DNA of 64,000 bases. It comes from Minisyncoccia bacterium (lineage in GTDB: Bacteria; Patescibacteriota; Minisyncoccia; Phycocordibacterales; CALRBL01). Numbering within the stretch: the stretch's first letter is position 1; each line of letters starts with the position of its first letter. The notes beneath the pieces are model-generated. The model was given only the letters and a program-made list of their open reading frames with translations, was not told the origin of the DNA and ran no database searches. This document shows, one piece after another, positions 38,606 through 45,890 of the stretch. The stretch lies in NCBI GenBank assembly GCA_038227435.1, contig JBBRPW010000001.1, positions 9,632-73,631 of the forward strand, written 5' to 3'. The translations under genes and the position numbers were made by a program.

Positions 38606-39589
38606 ATGAAGAAATCACCTAAACGATTAAAAAAGAAAACAGTTTCTCGTTCTAAAAATAAACCGAATAGGCGAAATAAAAAAAGTGAGCCGAAGAAGCA
38701 AAATAAGAAATCAAAAGTAAAGTCACCCGCAAAATCTATAAAAAAAGTTGTACAAACAAAAAATAAAGGAAAGTTATCGATTGAAACAAAAATTCCAGAA
38801 CTTTTAGTTGTTGCCAATTGGAAAATGAACCCAGCAACACTTGATGAAGCTAAAATGATTTTAAATACGACAAAACGAACTATCGCAACTCTTAAAAAGG
38901 AGCGGAAAGGAAATAATATGGGAATAGTACTTTGCCCACCGGCTGTTTTTTTTGGAGATATGAGAGGAAAAGTTGAAAATTCGAGGAATCAAAAAAATAA
39001 CAGTTCAATTTCATTTGGAGTACAAAATATTGGAATAGGAGAAACAGGATCATTTACGGGAGAAGTTTCAGCTGCTATCTCAAAGAGCGCCGGGGCACAA
39101 TATTCTATTGTGGGCCATTCTGAAAGACGAGCAATGGGGGAAACTAACGAAGCCGTTGCATTAAAAGTTGAGGCTGCATTAAGAGCTGAACTCATTCCAA
39201 TTATTTGTGTTGGAGAAGCAAAAAAAGATGAACAGGGATTATTTTTAATTGATTTTGAAAAACAAATTCGTATTGCTGTGTCACGAATTAAGCCAATTGA
39301 TATTGAAAGAATTGTTTTTGCATATGAGCCGCTCTATGCAATTGGCGCAGCACAGGCAGTAACTGCACATCAAATTTACGAGCGAAACGTGCTTATAAAA
39401 AAGATTTTGACCGACATGTACGGTAAAGAAAGAGCATTTAAAGTAAAGATTTTGTATGGAGGCTCAGTCGATGCATCAAATGCAATAGACATTGTATTTA
39501 ATGGAAATGCCGGAGGGCTTTTAATTGGTAGAGCTAGTATTAAACCTGAGGAATTCTCACAATTATTGAAAAATTTGAGTTCAAGATAG
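38606..39589 (+). CDS. tpiA: Triosephosphate isomerase with a roughly 65-aa Lys-rich N-terminal extension.
   Basis: LVVANWKMN...IVGHSERR...YEPLYAIG...GGSV core motifs. The extension MKKSPKRLKKKTVSRSKNKPNRRNKKSEPKKQNKKSKVK... is in the same frame with no stop. Confidence 0.85.
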   Translation: MKKSPKRLKKKTVSRSKNKPNRRNKKSEPKKQNKKSKVKSPAKSIKKVVQTKNKGKLSIETKIPELLVVANWKMNPATLDEAKMILNTTKRTIATLKKERKGNNMGIVLCPPAVFFGDMRGKVENSRNQKNNSSISFGVQNIGIGETGSFTGEVSAAISKSAGAQYSIVGHSERRAMGETNEAVALKVEAALRAELIPIICVGEAKKDEQGLFLIDFEKQIRIAVSRIKPIDIERIVFAYEPLYAIGAAQAVTAHQIYERNVLIKKILTDMYGKERAFKVKILYGGSVDASNAIDIVFNGNAGGLLIGRASIKPEEFSQLLKNLSSR

Positions 39590-39649
39590 AATAAGGAAGC
39601 AATAAAGAACCCATCAAGTTAAACTAAATTTAATCAAAACAATATTTAC

Positions 39650-40873
39650 ATGCCCGTTTCAATTAATGAAGCAATAGAGAAGAAATATATTACGATTGGA
39701 ACATACGTGTTGGTACGTGTTGATTTTAACGTATCGATGGATGGAAATACGGTTCGTGATGATTACCGAATTGCGCGGGCACTTCCCACTATTTTAGCCC
39801 TCACGAGTGCTGGCGCAAAAGTAATTTTAATAAGTCATATTGAATTAAGCGAATCTAAAAAACATGGATTAACTGCGGGGAAAAACGATGCCGATAAAAG
39901 TGCGGTGCCAAGCCTACAACCCGTATACGATTATATTAAAACAACATATCCAAAAGAGTTTAATCGATGTTATTTTGTACCTGATTTATTAAGTGAACAA
40001 GGTAAAAAACAAGTGTCACTGTTAAAAGAAGGCGAAATTATTTTAGCCGAAAATATTCGAATGTATGAAGGAGAAAAAAAGAACGACACTGATTTTGCAG
40101 CTGCGCTCGCTAGTTTAGCTACAGTATATGTGAATGATGCCTTCGCTGTGTCTCATCGAGCGCACGCTTCAGTGGTTGGAGTGCCAGCGCTTAAAGCATC
40201 AAATGAACGCTTTGCTGGTCTTTTACTTCAATCTGAAATTGAAGCACTTGACCCTTCAATTCAAAAACCTCGTCCATTTATATTTATCTTAGGAGGAGCG
40301 AAGTTTGAAACAAAACTCCCACTCATTACAAAATATTTAGATGTGGCCGACCATGTTTTTGTGGGAGGAGCACTTGCCAACGACTTATTTAAACTACAAG
40401 GAAATAACGTAGGAAATTCATTAGTATCAACAGATAAAAATATTGAAGAAAGCCTTCGTGAAATTTTAAAAAATAAAAAATTAATTATTCCTGAAGATGT
40501 TTTTGTACTATGCGGACAACATATCGAAATTAAACATCCGGAAGATGTTAAAGATGGTGAAAATATTTTAGATATTGGCCCCGAAAGTTTAGTGAAGTTC
40601 GAATCTTTATGTGAGAATGCTGGATACATTGTATGGAATGGCCCACTTGGTGATTACGAACGCGGTTTTGAATTTGGAACATTAATGCTTGCAAAAATTT
40701 TAGCAAATCTTAATCACAACAAAACACGGACAGTGGTTGGAGGAGGCGACACATTAGCGGCCATCAAAAAAGCCAACGTTTTCGATAAATTCGGCTTCGT
40801 TTCAACAGGAGGAGGAGCAATGCTCGAATACTTAGAGAAGGGAACCCTCGTGGGAGTTGAGGTGTTGAAATAG
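39650..40873 (+). CDS. pgk: Phosphoglycerate kinase.
   Basis: N- and C-terminal PGK motifs (ILISH..., GGGDTLAAI..., STGGGAMLEYLEG). Confidence 0.9.
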   Translation: MPVSINEAIEKKYITIGTYVLVRVDFNVSMDGNTVRDDYRIARALPTILALTSAGAKVILISHIELSESKKHGLTAGKNDADKSAVPSLQPVYDYIKTTYPKEFNRCYFVPDLLSEQGKKQVSLLKEGEIILAENIRMYEGEKKNDTDFAAALASLATVYVNDAFAVSHRAHASVVGVPALKASNERFAGLLLQSEIEALDPSIQKPRPFIFILGGAKFETKLPLITKYLDVADHVFVGGALANDLFKLQGNNVGNSLVSTDKNIEESLREILKNKKLIIPEDVFVLCGQHIEIKHPEDVKDGENILDIGPESLVKFESLCENAGYIVWNGPLGDYERGFEFGTLMLAKILANLNHNKTRTVVGGGDTLAAIKKANVFDKFGFVSTGGGAMLEYLEKGTLVGVEVLK

Positions 40874-40926
40874 GTGATTTAAAATCTATTTTTCTTTTTT
40901 GGGTAGGTGTGTAGTATTATTGATAT

Positions 40927-41676
40927 ATGTTTGAAAAATATCTTCAAGAATTAGGATTATCCGATAAGGAGGCAAGTGTATATATTTCACTTCTCCAGGT
41001 AGATAACGACTCAGTACTCGATTTGTCTAAAAAAACAAAAATTAATAGAACCACTATCTACCCAGTCCTTGAAAGCTTGGCCAAAAAAGGTCTTATTAGC
41101 GAAGCACAAGTTGATAAAAAGATTAGATATCACGCCGAACCACCCGAACGATTAGAAACATATGTTGAGCGGCAAAAAACAATGCTTCAAGAGCATTCAA
41201 ATCGATTAAAAGATGTAATTCCTCAGTTAAAAAGTATTCAGAGGGAAACTGGGGAAAAACCAATGGTTAAGTATTTTGAAGGTAGACAGGGTGCGATCAG
41301 TTCTCTTGAAGAGTTTTATAATTCAATCGGAAAAGGTGGCACTGCATATTTAATTTATCCAAAAGATGCAATAAAAAATATCTTCAATGAAAAAGAAATT
41401 GAAAAATATCGATCAATACGCCTTAAAAGGGAAATAAAGACAAAAGTAATAAGTACTTCGTCAAAAAACGACATAATTTCTGATTCAACAGGTAATCGAA
41501 TACAAATTGACGGAGAAAAGTATCCCATCACTTCGGATATTGCTATTTACGAAGATAAAGTAAGGGTTACTATTTTGGGGAAGTCTTTAGCAGCATTTTC
41601 AATAAAGAGTCAGGATCTTGCTGATACACTTCGTAGTTTATTTGATTTGGTATTTGATCTATCAAAAAATAAATAA
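40927..41676 (+). CDS. TrmB-family HTH transcriptional regulator.
   Basis: N-terminal LGLSDKEASVYISLL...INRTTIYPVLESLAKKGLI winged-helix region typical of TrmB. Confidence 0.6.
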   Translation: MFEKYLQELGLSDKEASVYISLLQVDNDSVLDLSKKTKINRTTIYPVLESLAKKGLISEAQVDKKIRYHAEPPERLETYVERQKTMLQEHSNRLKDVIPQLKSIQRETGEKPMVKYFEGRQGAISSLEEFYNSIGKGGTAYLIYPKDAIKNIFNEKEIEKYRSIRLKREIKTKVISTSSKNDIISDSTGNRIQIDGEKYPITSDIAIYEDKVRVTILGKSLAAFSIKSQDLADTLRSLFDLVFDLSKNK

Positions 41677-41696
41677 GAGACTTATATAATAAAAGA

Positions 41697-41738
41697 TACC
41701 CCGATCGCACAACGTGCTGCGATCGGGGTATTTGGTTT
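41697..41738 (+). terminator. Rho-independent terminator ACCCCGATCGCAcaacgtgcTGCGATCGGGGT + TTTGGTTT.
   Basis: 12-bp perfect GC-rich stem followed by a T-rich tail. Confidence 0.6.
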
Positions 41739-42326
41739 AGACCCCGTGGTCTTTTACTCCGAGAACGATAAGGTATTGCCCTTCGCGTTCTCGAACGATT
41801 TCATTGGCCTACCCCTCGGGGTAGAAAATAAGGTGTGTTTACTAGTCAGACATACTATTTTTCCTTCGGTCGGGGTTCTCTCTAACAAGGTTTGGATTTT
41901 GAGGACAGCTTTTAGCTACTAGTCCCAGCCAACAGCCGATTCGGGCGCTGTTGGCTGGGACTTTCACTTTCGGCTAGTCGCCCATATTACCTCCTTGTTA
42001 AGGTTCGGGAATCGTTCATAAGCAAGAGCGCTAATGAATTTCCAAATAAAATTTAGCATAATAAAATTGGTCTGTCAACATGTTTTAACTAAATTGAGTA
42101 TATTTGATCAATTTTATATAAAATAAGGCTATGAATATAGCTTCAATAGTGTTTTTACTTGTTATTGTCGGTTTTTGTGTTTTGACACCTGAAAAATACT
42201 ACAAAACAAATATTTTTTAATGCAATTAATGTAGTTTTATGTCATATCTAATTTACATATATTGTATATAATATCCTTATTTATCAATACTATAATGGAA
42301 TATTAAATTTAATCTGTCATAAACAC

Positions 42327-42354
42327 TTGACAAAAATATAAATATCCGTATTAT
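42327..42354 (+). promoter_or_regulatory. Sigma70-like promoter TTGACA-16 nt-TATTAT driving the island's + strand transcription.
   Basis: Consensus -35 and near-consensus -10 with 16-nt spacing, about 200 nt upstream of the first island ORF. Confidence 0.4.
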
Positions 42355-42478
42355 CTTTCTCAGTTAGAACTTTTCACCTCAACCCCCAAAGAACAATGCG
42401 TTACTACGTGCTCCCCGACGGGACCGTGGTGATCAACCCCTCTGACGCCTACTAAGGCGTTACGGGATGATCCCACTT

Positions 42479-42530
42479 CTGCGGCTTAGGCACGCGGGGG
42501 AATAATGCACCCTGGCAACAGAATCGCATC
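42479..42530 (+). repeat. Repeat family R1, copy a (CTGCGGCTTAGGCACGCGGGG...CCTGGCAACAGAAT), in the 5' leader of island ORF-A.
   Basis: A 21/21 identical block plus a 14-nt block shared with copy b at 43777-43828. Confidence 0.55.
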
Positions 42531-42561
42531 CACTAAAACATCACCCTAATTTTTTACAACT

Positions 42562-42843
42562 ATGAAAAAGATCGTGATCGGAATGATGGTCGTTCTCGCT
42601 CTACTCTTGTCGTTTGTTGCAGGTGTCTTCTACGGCACCAACGCAACTATCGCCAAGATGGAATTGCTGGAAACCCCCAGAGGCCGCATTCTTTACTACT
42701 TCATTCCGAATACATCTGCTTCGACAGAAATTTATTCGCTTGATAGTGGAGAAGATGCTGATCTCTACGAGGATTCAACACAAATTCCTGACGAAGACGT
42801 GACTGAGAGGAAAGACTCTCTGAAGGACGACACTAACCTTTAA
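42562..42843 (+). CDS. Island ORF-A: small membrane-anchored protein with an acidic C-terminal tail.
   Basis: 93-aa ORF. TM helix IVIGMMVVLALLLSFVAGVFYG. The last 14 codons and the stop lie inside repeat R2a. Confidence 0.4.
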   Translation: MKKIVIGMMVVLALLLSFVAGVFYGTNATIAKMELLETPRGRILYYFIPNTSASTEIYSLDSGEDADLYEDSTQIPDEDVTERKDSLKDDTNL

Positions 42844-42897
42844 TTCAAAAGTGTTTATTTTTGCGACCGTTTTAAATGGTTGGTTGGCGTGCAGCGC
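42801..42897 (+). repeat. Repeat family R2, copy a (97 nt), immediately upstream of HHR1.
   Basis: 94 of 97 positions identical to copy b at 45769-45866. Contains hairpin GAGAG-gaaaga-CTCTC. Confidence 0.7.
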
Positions 42898-42935
42898 TAA
42901 GAGAAAACTTTAAATCCTAACTATAAAAAGTTAGA

Positions 42936-42987
42936 TCTGTCTCGAAATGTAATTTCGACTGATGAGCTCTAGAGAGCGAAACAGAAA
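42936..42987 (+). ncRNA. Hammerhead ribozyme, type III topology (HHR1).
   Basis: TCTGTC|TCGAAATgtaATTTCGA-CTGATGA-GCTCtagaGAGC-GAAA-CAGA. All core nucleotides present (C3-A9, G12-A14, A15.1-U16.1, GUC cleavage triplet). Three stems fold as required. Confidence 0.75.
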
Positions 42988-43436
42988 GTACTTTAAAACC
43001 AAGAAAAATAATAAAAGTTAAATTCGTCTGCACTTGAGAGTGTTTTTAAAAATATTCTCACGTGCAGGCGAAAGTAGCGCCAAAGCATGTGATCGGTAGT
43101 ACACATTTAAATCTTGAGTGAGTGTCTCGGATTTAAGTGGAGTTGTACTACGTATTAATTCATCACCAAAAAAATGATTAGTGGGATGTTCTGATTGTTC
43201 TCGTACGCCTCGCGAGAGACCAACAGTCAAAATGTCACATCATTTGAGTAGGGACAAGCAGTTCGTTGCTGTGCACCGAACTTTGATGAATTATGGCTGT
43301 GAACGATCTGAGGTGAGTACCGCAAGGTAACTCAGTTTGATCTAGTAATAGTTATGGGGAAAGCGCATAAGGCTTGGTCGCCAAGTGTGTATTACCTGCT
43401 ACAAAATTTCTAAACCTCAACCAAAAAAGAATTACT

Positions 43437-43772
43437 ATGGCACATTACAGTACTTTTATTTTTCAGTTGCCAGGATGTCCCGAGATTTATATGAGTACTC
43501 GGTACAACATTATTCAGGACTTTGATTGCATTCGAAATAAGTTTGGAAAGGGGTTGATTAAGTTCAAACCTTTCTACAAGCCTGATCGAGTGCAATTTAC
43601 TCCTCCGAGTAATGGAGAAAAGCATCCTTGGGTATTGCTGACTAAATATCAGCGTAGGAAGATTCAAACCTTCCTCAATGTGGTCTACCGAAAGGGAAAC
43701 CACAGGGTACCTCGGAGATGGCGCAAGTTCGTAAAGAACGACGGCGTCTTTCCAAAGGAGTGTCTCGACTGA
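43437..43772 (+). CDS. Island ORF-B: small basic protein (R/K-rich C-terminus).
   Basis: 111-aa ORF from ATGGCACATTAC; no homologue recognised. Confidence 0.35.
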   Translation: MAHYSTFIFQLPGCPEIYMSTRYNIIQDFDCIRNKFGKGLIKFKPFYKPDRVQFTPPSNGEKHPWVLLTKYQRRKIQTFLNVVYRKGNHRVPRRWRKFVKNDGVFPKECLD

Positions 43773-43776
43773 GCAA

Positions 43777-43828
43777 CTGCGGCTTAGGCACGCGGGGTAC
43801 ACATACTACCTGGCAACAGAATTGTATG
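43777..43828 (+). repeat. Repeat family R1, copy b. It follows the ORF-B stop and precedes HHR2.
   Basis: Shares CTGCGGCTTAGGCACGCGGGG and CCTGGCAACAGAAT blocks with R1a. Confidence 0.55.
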
Positions 43829-43857
43829 AAACTGACTAGTAATTATTTACTAGTCAC

Positions 43858-43909
43858 TCTGTCTCGAAATGTAATTTCGACTGATGAGCTCTAGAGAGCG
43901 AAACAGAAA
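43858..43909 (+). ncRNA. Hammerhead ribozyme, type III (HHR2), 52/52 identical to HHR1.
   Basis: Same sequence as HHR1, preceded by the 9-bp palindrome GACTAGTAA-ttat-TTACTAGTC. Confidence 0.75.
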
Positions 43910-44304
43910 TACATTAAAAATAAAATAATTTCTTTACACCTCATCCGGCGTTTATTTGCGGCACGAAAATAACCACGCAAACAAAAAATGTGGAAACCCG
44001 CTAGACGCTGGTTGAGGTGTAATGAACAAAAAATATAGGTTGCTAGTTAACCTGATCCGAGGAGCTCTGGTTTTCCATAAGGAAAACTAAAACTTTCGGG
44101 CTTTAGTGGGGCAAGCAACGTAACGCCGGATGCGTACGTGTGAGGCCAAAAGCACAAAAACTACTTGTTTGCCCAGCTATCGGGGAATAAGCGTCGTTCG
44201 TGGTACGGCGTTATGAGCATAAGTATCAAAATCTCCGAAGCCATTCGCCCTTAAGGGTGAAATGGTTCTAGTGAGGAATTTTGAGAACGTTCTCTAACAA
44301 CCAC
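43910..44304 (+). ncRNA. Roughly 395-nt ORF-free, highly structured spacer between HHR2 and HHR4. Candidate large structured RNA of unknown class.
   Basis: Long-range inverted repeats TTACACCTCA/TGAGGTGTAA and CATCCGGCGTT/AACGCCGGATG. Local hairpins GTTTTCC-ataa-GGAAAAC and CCATTCGCCC-ttaa-GGGTGAAATGG. No ORF over 40 codons on the + strand. Confidence 0.35.
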
Positions 44305-44357
44305 TTTGTTTATCGATGTGTTTCGATACTGAAGAGCTCAAAAGAGCGAAACAGAAG
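44305..44357 (+). ncRNA. Hammerhead-like ribozyme variant (HHR4): CTGAAGA core (position 7 = A), GUU cleavage triplet, short stem III.
   Basis: TTTGTT|TATCGAtgtgttTCGATA-CTGAAGA-GCTCaaaaGAGC-GAAA-CAGAAG. Position 7 is tolerant and U17 is permitted but weaker. Confidence 0.5.
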
Positions 44358-44393
44358 ATCTTTAAATTTCAGCAACTTCAACCCCCTAAAAAA

Positions 44394-44699
44394 ATGCAAA
44401 ACCCATATGGTTCGGAGAAGCAGTTGGAAACCACCGAACAGCAGATCGACCGCCGTGTCGCGCTCAGTGTCCTCGAAGTGAGCTACCATTTTTGGGGCGC
44501 ACTTCGGGGTGGTGGCGAACGGGCCGCTGCGAACCTTTTGAACAGTTTGAAAGGTGCAGCACCACGCGGCTACTACTTCACTGTCTCGGCAGATAGGGAG
44601 TGGCGTCCGCGTGCAAACAAAGACGGAACGTTCGAGTTCCGCCGCCTGTTTCAGCCCCGAACCAACACTGTCGCCATCATCGGATTGGCAAGACGATAG
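44394..44699 (+). CDS. Island ORF-C: hypothetical protein.
   Basis: 101-aa ORF starting at ATGCAAAACCCA, directly downstream of HHR4. Confidence 0.35.
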   Translation: MQNPYGSEKQLETTEQQIDRRVALSVLEVSYHFWGALRGGGERAAANLLNSLKGAAPRGYYFTVSADREWRPRANKDGTFEFRRLFQPRTNTVAIIGLARR

Positions 44700-44719
44700 T
44701 GCCGGAAGGGTTGAAACAC

Positions 44720-44830
44720 ACGTTAAGAGTCACCGTAAAAAACTCTGGTCTGATCCACTAACAACGATCACTCGTTTATCGTATGCGAGCTTCAAAAAAC
44801 GTTCGGGTCCGCCCGTGATAGCGGCGTCGG
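44720..44830 (+). repeat. Repeat family R3, copy a (about 110 nt), followed by hairpin GGGGAAtttatTTCCCC.
   Basis: About 93% identical to copy b at 46431-46540. Some differences are compatible with conserved pairing (AACGA/TCGTT versus AATGA/TTGTT). Confidence 0.65.
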
Positions 44831-44916
44831 TAGGGGAATTTATTTCCCCACTTTATTGAGCCTGTCACATTCGGTGATTGGTTCATCAAGTTCGTTCTTT
44901 TCAAAAAAATAAAAAT

Positions 44917-45330
44917 ATGAAACTTAACGTCAAGGCTATCCGTAGTTTTGTGCTTAGTCAGGTAGTGGACAAGGAAGAGTCAGAAGCACTCATCTTTTAT
45001 TTGGCTGGCATCAATGCCGAATTCTATCTCGTAGATCCTCACACCTGCGGAGAAGAAGCAGGAGAGATTGGCTTCATGGGTTTCAACTTCACCGACAAGG
45101 TGAATGATGCAATGAATGCTGGTCTTTGGGCTGTGATTTACGACGATGGGCGCGATTATGCTTACCATAAGTACTTCCTTTTCGAGGAAGACGCTAAAAG
45201 TTTTGCAAATCGGGTTGGTGGAGGCTTATTGAAGTACACCAACACTGCAAATCGGCTGAAAGTTATTGCCCACTTTAGAAAGTTGGGCTTAATCGAAGAA
45301 GTTCCTGAAGAAGAAGGAATTCTCGAATAA
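44917..45330 (+). CDS. Island ORF-D: hypothetical acidic protein.
   Basis: 137-aa ORF from ATGAAACTTAAC. Confidence 0.4.
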   Translation: MKLNVKAIRSFVLSQVVDKEESEALIFYLAGINAEFYLVDPHTCGEEAGEIGFMGFNFTDKVNDAMNAGLWAVIYDDGRDYAYHKYFLFEEDAKSFANRVGGGLLKYTNTANRLKVIAHFRKLGLIEEVPEEEGILE

Positions 45331-45463
45331 CTTTAAGTCAATTCATATACGTTCTGCATAACGTAAAAAATGTAGCTGTTTTGCTCAATATGCGTGCAAG
45401 AAATTGCATGTCGACATATTGGCTTCTTCAGTGAAAAAAGAAGGTAAGAAAGGAGGATCAACA

Positions 45464-45760
45464 ATGATCATCGACCTTTCTCTTCGTAATGAGCGCCTGT
45501 ACAAGGGTTGCGAAATTACGGAGGTGGCAGGCCGGCTGAACTTGGTTACTCCAGTTGCTGATGCAGTTAATATCGTTGGCCGCAACGCCAATGGGTTGAT
45601 TGCAGAAGTTGCTGCGAGTGATCGGAGCGAAGTCGAGCTTACGGGTCCGATGGCGGTTTGGTCTTACTTGATCGTTTTCCACGCTGTGGTTCACGCCTTT
45701 TCGAAGGTGTACTACAACGATGGGAAAGGTCGGGTACTGATCGCCGCCCACGGCGCCTGA
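45464..45760 (+). CDS. Island ORF-E: hypothetical protein preceded by a strong Shine-Dalgarno.
   Basis: AAAGGAGGatcaacaATG gives a canonical SD at optimal spacing. 98-aa ORF (MIIDLSLRNERLYKG...). Native genes in this window generally lack an SD. Confidence 0.5.
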   Translation: MIIDLSLRNERLYKGCEITEVAGRLNLVTPVADAVNIVGRNANGLIAEVAASDRSEVELTGPMAVWSYLIVFHAVVHAFSKVYYNDGKGRVLIAAHGA

Positions 45761-45768
45761 TGCCATCT

Positions 45769-45866
45769 GACTGAGAGGAAAGACTCTCTGAAGGACGACA
45801 CTAACCTTTAATTCAGAAGTGTCTATTTTTGCGACCGTTTTAAATGGTTGGTTGGCGTGCATCGCT
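45769..45866 (+). repeat. Repeat family R2, copy b, non-coding here, immediately upstream of HHR3.
   Basis: Near-identical to R2a. Confidence 0.7.
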
Positions 45867-45890
45867 GACGGATAGATGTTCTATCCGTCA

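Noticed and set aside
38584-38817. 77-aa minus-strand ORF (phenylalanine-rich)
   Set aside because: It is the antisense frame of the Lys-rich (AAA/AAG) N-terminal tail of tpiA, a low-complexity artefact.
41740-42040. Possibility that the G+C-rich structured segment is a host tmRNA, SRP RNA or RNase P RNA
   Set aside because: There is no GGGG...CCACCA acceptor pairing or tag ORF ending in AA-stop typical of tmRNA. There is no GGAA/AGCAGCC domain-IV motif of SRP RNA and no AGGAAAGUCCGGGCUCC P4 region of RNase P. It is therefore left as unknown structured RNA or DNA pending covariance-model search.
42801-42843. Interpreting R2 as a conserved protein C-terminal module
   Set aside because: The second copy lies after a stop codon and is out of any conserved frame. 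The nucleotide-level near-identity with non-coding placement argues for an RNA/DNA element that happens to supply ORF-A's C-terminus.
43410-43802. 130-aa minus-strand ORF antisense to island ORF-B; likewise 45458..45862 antisense to ORF-E and 43018..43230 in the structured spacer
   Set aside because: These are antisense to ORFs with better start contexts (ORF-E has an SD) or lie in a hairpin-rich spacer. In G+C-richer DNA long antisense frames are expected by chance. Kept only as low-probability alternatives.
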